Shown here: positions 18,649 to 27,635 of the stretch, piece after piece | Layout of the letters: every line of letters begins with the position of its first letter | Position numbering within the stretch: position 1 is the first letter of the stretch | NCBI GenBank assembly: GCA_947258375.1 | Contig: CAMYIJ010000013.1 | Coordinates: 6,171 to 70,170 of the forward strand | DNA length: 64,000 nt | Origin: an uncultured Acidimicrobiaceae bacterium | GTDB taxonomy: Bacteria > Actinomycetota > Acidimicrobiia > Spongiisociales > UBA5794 | Direction: 5' to 3' | Made by a program: the position numbers and the translations under genes | The notes under the pieces: model-generated | What the model saw: the letters and a program-made list of their open reading frames with translations, nothing else | What the model was told of the DNA's origin: nothing | The model's database searches: none

Positions 18649-19884
18649 CTAGCCCGCCGGCCAGGTGAGCACGAGCTCGGAGATGGCCTCGGCCGCATCG
18701 ATGAGCAGACCGATGTCGACCTGGGCCGGGGTGTCGGCCGCCGAGTGGAAGAGCGATTCCAGCATCTCGTCAACGAGTTCCGTCGTGATCGCCATGGCAG
18801 GTCGCCCCCGCATCGCGAAGATAGTGTGGTCGCTCTGATAGAACTCCGGCCCTCTCACGAGGCTGGCGTAGCCGGCGAACGCCGCGGCAACGTGAGCCTC
18901 GAGGTCGGAGTCGAGGTTGTAGGTGGAGTACGCGCTATTCCCTCCCCGGTAGCCGGCGCCGTCCAGGTTGAGTACGAGGGCGATCTCCTCGAGCCGCTCC
19001 CCGTTGGTCGCGAGCCAGTCGACTTCCCCCGGCGCTGCATAGTGATCCTCACCGTTGACGGCCAGCAGCTCGACGCCGACGGGCAACTCGGCGTATCGGC
19101 CCGGCGACAGGATCTGGGCGATCGTGAGCAGCACGATCACGCCTGTCGCGTTGTCCACGGCGCCCGGAGTGCCCGGTTTCGAGTCAACGTGCGCCATGAG
19201 GGTTACGCGACGCTCGGAGCGGCCTCGAGTGGCGATCACGTTGCGAGCCCGAGCCGGCCGCCGCTCGGAACGGATGTTCACCGTTGCCTGGGCGCCGGCG
19301 AGATCCGAAAGCCCGCGCGCATCGTCCGGACGGAGGTTTGCAGTGGGGATGGTGAAGTCCCCGTCCTCGATGAGGGGGAACGGATCCAGAGCGCCGCACA
19401 GCGAGGGGTACTTCCCCGTCACAGCCAGCACGGCGGCGGGTGATGCCGCCTCCAGGGCGGCGACGATCCGCGCGTGTTCATCGGAGCCGTAGAACGGATA
19501 GGCCTTCGGCGTCAGCGGCTCTCCGGCGAGTGGCCCCTCCAGCACGAGGATCGATCCCGCCAGGTCGGAGCGTTCCAGATCGACCGCCTCACCGACCAGA
19601 CGCAACGGACCGCTCGCCACCACCCCCAGACCGTAGGGGCTCGGCGTCAGCGCGATGGATCGGCCGCCGACAACCATCTCGCCGCCATCGGTGTACCAAT
19701 CCAGACAGGGGAACTCGGGCGAGGTCACCTCCCAGCCCGCCTCGGCGAAGACGGCGGCCGCGTAGCCGGTCGCCTCGAGATTGCCGACGCTGCCCGGGCG
19801 TCGGTCGGGCGTGACGGAACACAGGGCGGTCAATTGCTCTGCGGCGCTCGACTCGAGCCGCGCAGACAGATCCTTCGGGAGCAT
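18649..19884 (-). CDS. M28-family zinc peptidase (aminopeptidase-like)
   Basis: ...LMAHVDS... and ...NGEDHYAAPGE..., with His/Asp/Glu metal ligands spaced as in the M28 family. Confidence 0.75.
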   Translation of the reverse strand: MLPKDLSARLESSAAEQLTALCSVTPDRRPGSVGNLEATGYAAAVFAEAGWEVTSPEFPCLDWYTDGGEMVVGGRSIALTPSPYGLGVVASGPLRLVGEAVDLERSDLAGSILVLEGPLAGEPLTPKAYPFYGSDEHARIVAALEAASPAAVLAVTGKYPSLCGALDPFPLIEDGDFTIPTANLRPDDARGLSDLAGAQATVNIRSERRPARARNVIATRGRSERRVTLMAHVDSKPGTPGAVDNATGVIVLLTIAQILSPGRYAELPVGVELLAVNGEDHYAAPGEVDWLATNGERLEEIALVLNLDGAGYRGGNSAYSTYNLDSDLEAHVAAAFAGYASLVRGPEFYQSDHTIFAMRGRPAMAITTELVDEMLESLFHSAADTPAQVDIGLLIDAAEAISELVLTWPAG

Positions 19885-20272
19885 GACGCGACGCTATCCG
19901 GGAGCGGCCGGCAGTACGAATCAGAGACACACGACGCGCGGCTCAGCCGACGGGAATCAAAACGCTCTCCAACTGGTTGACAATTGGGTCGGGTGCACCG
20001 GACGTCCTCAAGAATCGGCGGCCTACCGCCGATGGTGTCCTTGACAGAGGCGGAGCCGTGCTATGGTTCCGCCCAGCCGCACCGGGTGGAGGCCAGCGAA
20101 CTTCGCTTCTCCGGTGTTTCACCAGGCTTACGTCTCGCCGGTCGAACCGCCTCTTCGACCGAGACTAGGAACCACGGGCGCCTGTCGCCGTGGACCGGTC
20201 TGAGACAGACCAATCCGAATCTCGGGCCCGAGAAGACCTCAAGACGAACGGGCCCAACCGAAAGGAGTGCTG

Positions 20273-20482
20273 ATGACAGCACGACACTATGTAACCAATG
20301 ACGCAAGCAACCTCCGCCGCGGTTTGCTATACCGCGCCATCACTGCGGGCGGTTCCACGATCGGTGAGTACCTTGGCATGGAAGCGCCCCACGGCGACCT
20401 TGCCATCCTCCTGCGCGCCGAGGCCGGCACCCACTCGATTGAACTGACCAACGTAACGTCGATCGAGCCCATCGCCGCCTAA
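20273..20482 (+). CDS. Small hypothetical protein (69 aa)
   Basis: Strong RBS AAAGGAG 5 nt upstream of ATG 20273; preceded by a 388-nt ORF-free leader. Confidence 0.5.
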   Translation: MTARHYVTNDASNLRRGLLYRAITAGGSTIGEYLGMEAPHGDLAILLRAEAGTHSIELTNVTSIEPIAA

Positions 20483-20506
20483 CGATCTGACTCCGACCGG
20501 GCTCGA

Positions 20507-21706
20507 CTAGTGCCCTCCCGGTCGGGCGTCACTCGGATTCGGGAGCCGCAGCCAGCGGTCGACGGCGACACCCCACACGATGGACAGGACCGCCACGATG
20601 GCGAGGACGAGAAGCCATGGAGCGGGTCGCCACCAACCGATGAGAGCAATGACGGCTGCCCCGACTCCCAACGTCGCCGCCAGCGGCCGGTAGATGGATA
20701 TGAGTCGTTCATAGTCCGCCAGGGTGCGCATCGTGACGATCAACCCAACCAGCGCAACGGCAACGGAGCCGGTCAACACCCACGCCGCGTCAACCGGCGC
20801 ACGCTGATCGGCGGCGTGTTCGATGAGCGACACAAGGGCGGCTCCCGATGCCGCAATGGCGAGGGTCACCGGAAGATGGCTGACAATCCACACCATGCCG
20901 GCCTGTGGTGTCTTCGGAGCCCGCCGGCCCACGAAGTCGAAATACGTCCACCAGATGCCGAAGCCGATCATCAACCCAATCACACCCGTCGCGGTCGTGC
21001 GCAGGTTGTGCTCGACCTCGGAGAGCCCGGTGACGACGCCAACGACCACCTCACCAAGCACGATGATGGTGAACAGCCCGAACCGCTCGATGGTCGATTC
21101 AGTGACGGACATCGCCAGGCCGTCGACACGGGTCAGCTCGAGAGCCAGCGCGCCCACAACCCATCCGACCAGGAAGATCGCCCACACGATGACTCGGGCG
21201 TCGGCGGGGAGCAGTGCGCTGGCACCGATCACAACGACCGATACGAACATGCCGGCAAGATACCGGGCGGTGAGTTGCATGTACTCGGCCGCGTCCTGGC
21301 GCCGGACCGTATACCAAAGCCACGTGAGCACGATAAAGAGTCCTGTGTACGCGAGGGCAAACCCGCGACCATCGTCGCCGGCCGCGTGAGCGGTGTACAC
21401 CCCGAGCAGCGCCAGGATCGCCATCTGCACGAAAATGTAGGTTCGGCTGCGGCCGTCCTCGCGACCGTGCAGGTCCTGATAGATCGATCCGTTGAGCCAC
21501 GCCAGCCAGATCATTCCGAACACAACGGAGAACTCACCAACGCCGCGCCAGGTCAAGTGCCCCGCAAGGTGGTGAGCCGCCTGGGCGATGATGACAACGT
21601 AGATGAGGTCATAGAAGAGCTCGAGGAAACTGACCGTACGGTCCTCGATGACATCGCCGTGGGCTCGTGGCGGCTGCCAGAACCTGCTCTTGAAGATGGT
21701 AAACAT
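20507..21706 (-). CDS. Low-temperature-requirement A (LtrA) family integral membrane protein
   Basis: N-terminal VSFLELFYDLIYVVIIAQ signature of the LtrA family; about 10 TM helices. Confidence 0.85.
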   Translation of the reverse strand: MFTIFKSRFWQPPRAHGDVIEDRTVSFLELFYDLIYVVIIAQAAHHLAGHLTWRGVGEFSVVFGMIWLAWLNGSIYQDLHGREDGRSRTYIFVQMAILALLGVYTAHAAGDDGRGFALAYTGLFIVLTWLWYTVRRQDAAEYMQLTARYLAGMFVSVVVIGASALLPADARVIVWAIFLVGWVVGALALELTRVDGLAMSVTESTIERFGLFTIIVLGEVVVGVVTGLSEVEHNLRTTATGVIGLMIGFGIWWTYFDFVGRRAPKTPQAGMVWIVSHLPVTLAIAASGAALVSLIEHAADQRAPVDAAWVLTGSVAVALVGLIVTMRTLADYERLISIYRPLAATLGVGAAVIALIGWWRPAPWLLVLAIVAVLSIVWGVAVDRWLRLPNPSDARPGGH

Positions 21707-21712
21707 GACTGC

Positions 21713-23044
21713 CTAGCCCCCTGCGATCAGGTCTCGGTACCAACGGTAACTGTCCTTCGGGGTGCGAGTCCCGGTGGCGTTGTCGACATGGATAAGGCCA
21801 AAGCGCTGCCGGTAGCCCTCGACCCATTCCAGGTTGTCCAGGAGGCTCCACACGAAGTAGCCGTCGACGGGCACTCCGCTCTCCCGAGCTGCCATGACAG
21901 CGTCGACATGATCAGCCAGATAGTCGATGCGGCGCTGATCCCTGACCCGGCCGTCCAGCCCCGGTCCGTCCGAGTAGCTGGCGCCGTTCTCCGTGATGTG
22001 AATGGACGGCGGTGCGTAGGTCTCGTTGATATGCCGGAGGTAGTCCGTGAGTGCCTGCGGCGTGTTGGGCCAACCCATCTCGGTGTAGCCCTCAGGTGGG
22101 TTGCGTCCGGGAGGGACACCGCTGTAGTCCAGCTCATCACCCCGATCGGCGGATATGGGGAGGCTCGTGTAGTAATTGAGCCCGAGGAAGTCGATCGCGC
22201 TCGCGATTCCGTCGATGTCACCAGGCCGGTCGGCGGGAATCGTCGTACCGGAGATCCGCCCTCGCTCCCGATACGCCGCGAGCATGTCCTCGGGATATCC
22301 CATTCCGAACACCGGGTCGAAGAACCACCGATTGCGGAACCCGTCGAAATGCCGGGCCGCCGCGATGTCCTCATCGCAGTCGGTCGCCGGGTGCACCGGG
22401 CGGCAGTCGAGAGCGATGCCAACCCGCTCTGCCCCGGCGGCCCGCAAGACCGGCACAGCCCGGCCGTGACTCAAAAGGATGTGGTGTCCCGCCGCCAGGG
22501 CATCGTCCCAGCTCGTCCGGCCAGGGGCGAAGACGCCGTCGAGATGGCCGAGATACGCGGCTACCCACGGCTCGTTGTGGGTGATCCAGTTGGACACCCG
22601 GTCTCCGAGCCGGGCGGCAACGGCCGCTGCATACTTGGTGAAGGCGTCAACCGTCGAGCGCCTTGTCCACCCGCCCTCGTCTTCGAGAGCTTGCGGTAGA
22701 TCCCAGTGGTAGAGAGTCGGAAACGGTTTGATGCCGACATTGAGCAGGCCATCGACCAGGCGATCGTAGAAGTCGAGTCCCTTTTGATTCACCTCGCCGC
22801 GTCCGTCCGGAATCACCCGGGTCCAGGCGATCGAGAAACGGTAGGCGGCCACACCGAGCTCGGCCATGAGCTCGACGTCCTCCTGCCAACGGTTGTAGTG
22901 GTCGCAGGCCACATCCCCCGACTCTGGCATCCGACCCGAATCGGCGAATCGATCCCAGATCGACTCGCCCTTGCCGTCCACGAACCGGCCGCCTTCGATC
23001 TGATATGCCGAAGTGGCGACGCCAAAGGTGAGGCCGGAAGACAC
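21713..23044 (-). CDS. GH1 family beta-glucosidase
   Basis: ...FGVATSAYQIEGG..., NEPW catalytic acid/base, ITENGAS nucleophile. Likely GTG start at 23044 (VSSGLTFGVATSAYQ); the track ORF to 23191 adds a Cys/Ser-rich artefactual N-terminus. Confidence 0.9.
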   Translation of the reverse strand: MSSGLTFGVATSAYQIEGGRFVDGKGESIWDRFADSGRMPESGDVACDHYNRWQEDVELMAELGVAAYRFSIAWTRVIPDGRGEVNQKGLDFYDRLVDGLLNVGIKPFPTLYHWDLPQALEDEGGWTRRSTVDAFTKYAAAVAARLGDRVSNWITHNEPWVAAYLGHLDGVFAPGRTSWDDALAAGHHILLSHGRAVPVLRAAGAERVGIALDCRPVHPATDCDEDIAAARHFDGFRNRWFFDPVFGMGYPEDMLAAYRERGRISGTTIPADRPGDIDGIASAIDFLGLNYYTSLPISADRGDELDYSGVPPGRNPPEGYTEMGWPNTPQALTDYLRHINETYAPPSIHITENGASYSDGPGLDGRVRDQRRIDYLADHVDAVMAARESGVPVDGYFVWSLLDNLEWVEGYRQRFGLIHVDNATGTRTPKDSYRWYRDLIAGG

Positions 23045-23054
23045 TGTCGCCGCC

Positions 23055-23822
23055 CTACCGGACGAACTGCATGCGCAGCACCCGCTCGTTGTATCCGGCG
23101 TCCTTGTCGAAGAGCAGCCGGGCTTCGGCGTCTGATTCGCTGATCTCGACGGCGCGCACGTTGCGAATCTCGGTCGAGTCGGCGACGGCACTCACCGGCC
23201 GTTTGTGCGGTTCGAGCACCTCGATCCTCACCTGCGACGACGAGTGGAGCAGGGCACCCGGCCACCGCTGCGGCCGGAACGGGCTGATCGGCGTCAGCGC
23301 CAGGATGTTGGCTTGCAGTGGGATAATCGGTCCGCCGGCCGACAGGTTGTACGCGGTGCTGCCCGCCGGCGTCGCGACCATGACACCGTCCGCGATCAAG
23401 TCGGAAATCCGCATTACACCGTCGACCCAGATCGCCAGCTTGGCGCTCTGCTGCATCTGGCGCAGGAGCGACACTTCGTTGAGCGCGTACGCGTCGATCT
23501 CGGCGCCGGACTCGGAGTGAGCCTTCATCGCCAGCGGGCGGATGATGACCTCCTGGGCCTCGGCGATGCGCTGTTCCAGCTCGTCCACCCGGTACTCATT
23601 GAGCAGGAAACCCACCGAGCCGCAGTTCATGCCGAACACGGGGGTGCCCCGGTCGAGCATCCGGTGCAGGGTTCGCAACATCTGCCCGTCACCGCCGAGA
23701 GCGACCACCACTTCGGCTTTCTCCACGGAAACCGACGGGTAGGTGTCGCTCAGCTCGGCGAGCGCCTTCTCGGCCTCGGGGGTATCCGAGGCGGCGAAGT
23801 GCATCTTGAGCGCGTCAGTCAT
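23055..23822 (-). CDS. nadK: NAD kinase
   Basis: GGDGQML (GGDG motif), ...NEVSL..., DGVMVATPAGSTAYNLSAGGPI. The start overlaps the upstream gene stop by 8 nt. Confidence 0.85.
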   Translation of the reverse strand: MTDALKMHFAASDTPEAEKALAELSDTYPSVSVEKAEVVVALGGDGQMLRTLHRMLDRGTPVFGMNCGSVGFLLNEYRVDELEQRIAEAQEVIIRPLAMKAHSESGAEIDAYALNEVSLLRQMQQSAKLAIWVDGVMRISDLIADGVMVATPAGSTAYNLSAGGPIIPLQANILALTPISPFRPQRWPGALLHSSSQVRIEVLEPHKRPVSAVADSTEIRNVRAVEISESDAEARLLFDKDAGYNERVLRMQFVR

Positions 23823-24576
23823 CGGTGCCCAGACTACGGCGCAACGGCGCCCGGTAGCGACCATTGAACGAGACGCCGAGATCCGGGCGTCCCAACCGCC
23901 GATACACCTCGCGAGGAATCCCGATGTCGGCGAGTTCGAGCTCACCCGCCTGAGGGGCGCACAGGCCGTGCTTGGGAGCCGCCAGCGTCATGGTCGTCGT
24001 CGCCGCAACGGCGGTTCCGGTCGCCTCACCGGTGGTGGAATCGATCCCGGACGGCATGTCGAGTGACAGGATCGGCACATCCACCGAGTTGGCCCACTCG
24101 ATCATCTGCCGCGCTCTTCCCCGCGGAGCCCCCCTGAGGCTGTATCCGATGATCGCGTCGATGATCAGATCACCCGTGCCGAACACCTCGGCCGGGGCGA
24201 CATCATCAGCGACGACGTCACCACCGGCACTGCGGAAGATCCTCAACTGTTGGGCGGCCACTTCGCTGAGGGCCTCCGAGTTGGTGACATGGAGCACGAC
24301 GTCCTCGGTGCCGTGGTTCATGAGATGACGCCCGGCGGTGATACCACCGCCGCCGTTGCCCCCGGTCCCGGCCAGAATCGTCACAACGCTCTTGTGGTGG
24401 CGACCGCCCAGCATGTCGAGCGCCGCCAGCGCCAGGTTGCGCCCGGCATTCTCCATCATCTGATAGAGGTTGGGCCCAGTCTCCTCGATGGCAATACGAT
24501 CGACCTCGAGCATCTCGGCAGCATCGACCGCCGGCACGGGAACCCCGAACTCATCGGTGAAACTGCACGCTGTCAC
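23815..24576 (-). CDS. NAD(P)H-hydrate epimerase (YjeF N-terminal domain protein)
   Basis: ILAGTGGNGGGGITAGRHL matches the YjeF_N signature; about 250 aa. Confidence 0.8.
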   Translation of the reverse strand: MTACSFTDEFGVPVPAVDAAEMLEVDRIAIEETGPNLYQMMENAGRNLALAALDMLGGRHHKSVVTILAGTGGNGGGGITAGRHLMNHGTEDVVLHVTNSEALSEVAAQQLRIFRSAGGDVVADDVAPAEVFGTGDLIIDAIIGYSLRGAPRGRARQMIEWANSVDVPILSLDMPSGIDSTTGEATGTAVAATTTMTLAAPKHGLCAPQAGELELADIGIPREVYRRLGRPDLGVSFNGRYRAPLRRSLGTDD

Positions 24577-24606
24577 GGTCGGACGCTAGCCGTCCTCGAG
24601 GACCAT

Positions 24607-24659
24607 CCGTCTGTTGTGCATCCAGTGCGTAATAGCACCTCGTGATGCACAACAGACGC
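24607..24659. repeat. Long-spacer palindrome P1 (16-bp arms, 21-nt spacer), related to P2 and P3
   Basis: cgtctgttgtgcatc-N21-gatgcacaacagacg; shares the GTTGTGC core and arm/about-20-nt/arm architecture with P2/P3. 32 nt upstream of the YjeF_N start (minus strand). Confidence 0.6.
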
Positions 24660-24670
24660 GACTACACGTC

Positions 24671-24877
24671 TCAGTCCTGCGACAGCAGCCCGAGGATGTG
24701 GTCGTCCATCTCATCTTTGGCGCGGCTCATCTCCTCGGAGGTCTTGCCCTCCATCAGAGCCGAATGCACTTCGGCGCCATGAGCCATCATGACGGCGTGC
24801 ACTTCGGCGGCGTCATCACCGTGGGCCACGTAGTCACATCCGAGGCCGGGAACAACATCGCTGCACTGAAGCTGCAT
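24671..24877 (-). CDS. DUF1059 family small protein (predicted metal-binding)
   Basis: GGAGG RBS 4 nt upstream of ATG 24877; MQLQCSDVVPGLGCDY... matches the DUF1059 N-terminal CxDxxPGC pattern. Confidence 0.75.
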   Translation of the reverse strand: MQLQCSDVVPGLGCDYVAHGDDAAEVHAVMMAHGAEVHSALMEGKTSEEMSRAKDEMDDHILGLLSQD

Positions 24878-24935
24878 CTTCCCTCCAATTCTCGGGGCGG
24901 AACGCTCCGCCATCTCAACTATGCCACGGGATCCT

Positions 24936-24991
24936 TGCGTTCGTTGTGCTTAATCCCGGGTCATAGAGCCCGTTTAAGCACAACGAACGCA
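24936..24991. repeat. Conserved palindromic element P2 (18-bp perfect arms, 20-nt spacer); reverse-orientation copy of P3
   Basis: tgcgttcgttgtgcttaa-N20-ttaagcacaacgaacgca; its reverse complement plus flanks (ATGCGTT...AACGCAA.GG) is near-identical to 53000-53062. Lies in the divergent DUF1059 / HAD promoter region. Confidence 0.7.
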
Positions 24992-25014
24992 TCCGACCGT
25001 GGCATCATCGCGGC

Positions 25015-25686
25015 ATGGACAAACCTCAGGCACTCATCTTCGATGTAAATGAGACGTTGCTCGACCTGACCGACCTGCGGGGTGTGCTGTCTGCCGCCCT
25101 GGGTGGCGGCGAGCGCCTGGCGGAATGGTTCTTTCGGCTGCTCCACGGCAGCGTCGTCGCCAACGCCACGGATAGCTTTCGCTCGTTCGAGACAATCGGT
25201 GTCGAAGCGCTGCGGGCCGTCGCCATTAGACAGGGTCGCGAGATCTCCGAGGAGCAGGCGGGCGAACTGGTCGCCGGGTTCCGCTCGCTGCCCGCTCATC
25301 CTGACGTGCCCGCCGCACTCGATCGCCTCGCCGCCGCCGGCTTCCGCCTCGTTGCCCTTTCCAACGGCTCTCCCGTCGGCATCCCGGCGCAGCTGACCAA
25401 CGCCGGGATCGCTGACAGGTTCGAGCGGATCATCAGCGTCGAGGAGGTGGGCCGCTTCAAACCCGACCCGGCCCCGTACGAGAACGCCCTCCACCGCCTC
25501 GAGGTCGAGCCCCCGAACGCACTCATGGTGGCGGCTCACGATTGGGATATCATCGGGGCCCGCGCCGTCGGCATGCCCGGTGCTTTCATCACCCGGCCCG
25601 GCGTGGTGTGGACCGTCCCGCACCCTCCGCCGGAGCTGACTCCCTCCGACATCGGTGAGCTGGCGACGGCTCTCGGGGCCGGCTAA
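25015..25686 (+). CDS. HAD-superfamily hydrolase (2-haloacid dehalogenase-like subfamily)
   Basis: N-terminal FDVNETLLD (DxD-type motif I), ...SNGS... motif II, C-terminal D-D motif; about 220 aa. Confidence 0.85.
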   Translation: MDKPQALIFDVNETLLDLTDLRGVLSAALGGGERLAEWFFRLLHGSVVANATDSFRSFETIGVEALRAVAIRQGREISEEQAGELVAGFRSLPAHPDVPAALDRLAAAGFRLVALSNGSPVGIPAQLTNAGIADRFERIISVEEVGRFKPDPAPYENALHRLEVEPPNALMVAAHDWDIIGARAVGMPGAFITRPGVVWTVPHPPPELTPSDIGELATALGAG

Positions 25687-26810
25687 TCCGGTGTCTTGAG
25701 GGCGAGGGCAATTCCGACGAGGAGCAGCGGCAGTTGCCAGGCGAGGGCCACCCGGATGTCGCCGACCACTTCCGCCAGGGCACCAACCGCGGGCAGGGCC
25801 GCCGCGGTCATGAGGCCTGAAACACCCAAAGCTACGCCTATGGCTGCGCCCGTCTGAGCCGATGGAGCCAGGTGGCTGGCCCACGCCATCACGACGGGGA
25901 ACTGGCTGAACCCGACAAAGGTGAGACCGCCGACTGCAACGAGCGACAAGGCCCCGTCGGTGACCGCGAAGACGACAACAAGGATCGCGGAGGACACGGC
26001 TGCCATCGTGAAGACCCGACGACCTCCCAGGCGGTCGAAAGCCCAGCCGCCGAGAGGTTGGGCGATGGCGCCGAACAGCAGCATCACCGTCAAGAGGATG
26101 CCGGCCGTCGTCTCCTGCCAACCCTCGTCCACCAGCATCTTCACAAAGAAGGTGATGAAGCTGCGCCCCACCATGTTGATGAGACCGAACGCCACCGCGA
26201 CCAGGATCAACCCGGAGGTCACAGCGCCACGCAGCCTCGCGGTCGGCGCCGGGCTCGTCTCGTCCAGTGTCATCCGCAGCATGACGCCGCTCAGGATCGT
26301 GGGTATCGCGATCGCCGCCATCGCCAACCGCCAGTTGAACGCGGCGACGGTCAGGACCACCACAGCCGGAGCCAGGAAGTGCCCGGCCGATCCACCCCAG
26401 CCGTGAATGCCGAGCATCCGCCCCCGCCGCTCGGGGAATGTCGAGACGATGAAGGCCGTCGCTTGGGGGTGGTACGTGGCCCCGCCGAGCCCGGCCAGCA
26501 GGCTCACAGCCACAATGAACCAGAACGTCGGCGCCGCGGCCATCGCCAGGAAGCCGGCCGCGCCCACCATGAAGCCGAATGTCAGCATCCACCGCCGCCG
26601 GCCGTATCGATCCGCCGAGCTGCCGAGGACGGGCTGCAGCACGCCTATCAGTACGCTGAATGCAAATGACAGAATGCCGAGTTCGGTGTAGTCGAGATCG
26701 AATTCCACCGCGATGGCGGGGAGGAACGCCGGCAACGCGGTCGAGTAGAGGTCATTGACCATGTGCGCTATGAGAAAGACGATCAGGACGGTTCTGGGTC
26801 GCGCCGGCAT
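25683..26810 (-). CDS. MFS transporter
   Basis: 12 predicted TM helices; MFS motif ...GSSADRYGRRR... between TM2 and TM3. Start at M31 of the track ORF. Confidence 0.85.
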   Translation of the reverse strand: MPARPRTVLIVFLIAHMVNDLYSTALPAFLPAIAVEFDLDYTELGILSFAFSVLIGVLQPVLGSSADRYGRRRWMLTFGFMVGAAGFLAMAAAPTFWFIVAVSLLAGLGGATYHPQATAFIVSTFPERRGRMLGIHGWGGSAGHFLAPAVVVLTVAAFNWRLAMAAIAIPTILSGVMLRMTLDETSPAPTARLRGAVTSGLILVAVAFGLINMVGRSFITFFVKMLVDEGWQETTAGILLTVMLLFGAIAQPLGGWAFDRLGGRRVFTMAAVSSAILVVVFAVTDGALSLVAVGGLTFVGFSQFPVVMAWASHLAPSAQTGAAIGVALGVSGLMTAAALPAVGALAEVVGDIRVALAWQLPLLLVGIALALKTPD

Positions 26811-26886
26811 GTGCGTGATACTGGCAGGCAGGACGGCACGAGGATCCTGAATGACGGAATATCCTGAATTGGACAGAGGAGACGAT

Positions 26887-27567
26887 ATGCCTCGCCGCAA
26901 CCGGGTCGACCCATGGGGCGACCTCTACGCCGTGCCAGAACGGGGGATGTTCACCGGAAACCGCGGCTGCCTGGTCGACGATGCGGGGCGCCTGGTGCGC
27001 CATCACAACGGGTCGCTGTGGATCACGTGCGTCACCAGTTTCCGGGATTGGCGTCACCAGCTCGACCAGCCGCACACCTGGACTCCGCTGTTCTTCCTCG
27101 ATGACGCGGTGGCGCTGGCGGCCGGCCATCGACCCTGCGGGCTGTGCCGCCGCCGCGACTACCTGGCATACCAGGCCGCGGTTACGACCGCGATCGGCGC
27201 CGACTCACCGGTGCTGGCGGACGAGCTGAACCGCCGCCTCGCTGCTGAGCGGCTCACGCGGGGCCGCGGCCTCGAGCGAGCCGGCGACCGGATCCTCGCG
27301 AGCAGGCGCCTCGACGATCTGCCGGCCGGCACAGTCATTCTTCACCCGACCGAAGCGACTCCCCACCTGGTCACCGCCCACCGTCTCCAACCGTTCGGCT
27401 TTGACGGATGGGGACCGCCGATCGAGCGGCCCCCCGGACTGAGAGTGCACGTGCTCACGCCACCGACATCGATCGCCGCACTGGCCAACGGCTTCGTGCC
27501 ACGCCTGCACCCATCGGCACCGGTGGCACCGCCGACAACGGGCGTTCAGATGTCACTAAATGCCTGA
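26887..27567 (+). CDS. Hypothetical protein (conserved Cys pair ...HRPCGLCRRRDY...)
   Basis: Protein-like composition; start taken at MPRRNRVDPW (track ORF starts at 26851). No family recognised. Confidence 0.45.
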   Translation: MPRRNRVDPWGDLYAVPERGMFTGNRGCLVDDAGRLVRHHNGSLWITCVTSFRDWRHQLDQPHTWTPLFFLDDAVALAAGHRPCGLCRRRDYLAYQAAVTTAIGADSPVLADELNRRLAAERLTRGRGLERAGDRILASRRLDDLPAGTVILHPTEATPHLVTAHRLQPFGFDGWGPPIERPPGLRVHVLTPPTSIAALANGFVPRLHPSAPVAPPTTGVQMSLNA

Positions 27568-27635
27568 CCGGGAACCTATCGTGTGCCGAAGAACGTCACA
27601 GACCAGGAACCCCACGGGGAAGGTCGGAGGACGCC

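Noticed and set aside
18268-19443. 391-aa plus-strand ORF and other 100-250-aa ORFs overlapping 17081-19884
   Set aside because: Antisense shadows of the BNR-repeat lipoprotein and M28 peptidase genes; no protein-family signal.
20510-22699. 729-aa plus-strand ORF
   Set aside because: Antisense to the LtrA and GH1 beta-glucosidase genes, which have strong family signatures. Its composition (Arg/Gly/Asp/His-rich, no motifs) is typical of a high-GC shadow ORF.
24961-26592. 543-aa minus-strand ORF
   Set aside because: Antisense to the HAD hydrolase and in-frame-shifted over the MFS transporter. It is extremely Arg/Gly-rich; the real minus-strand gene here is the MFS transporter in another frame (25683-26810).
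27408-27635. Upstream extension of the alpha-2-macroglobulin ORF (track start 27408)
   Set aside because: The extension overlaps the preceding hypothetical gene and lacks an RBS. ATG 27636 has GGAGG at 5 nt and begins a typical anchor sequence.
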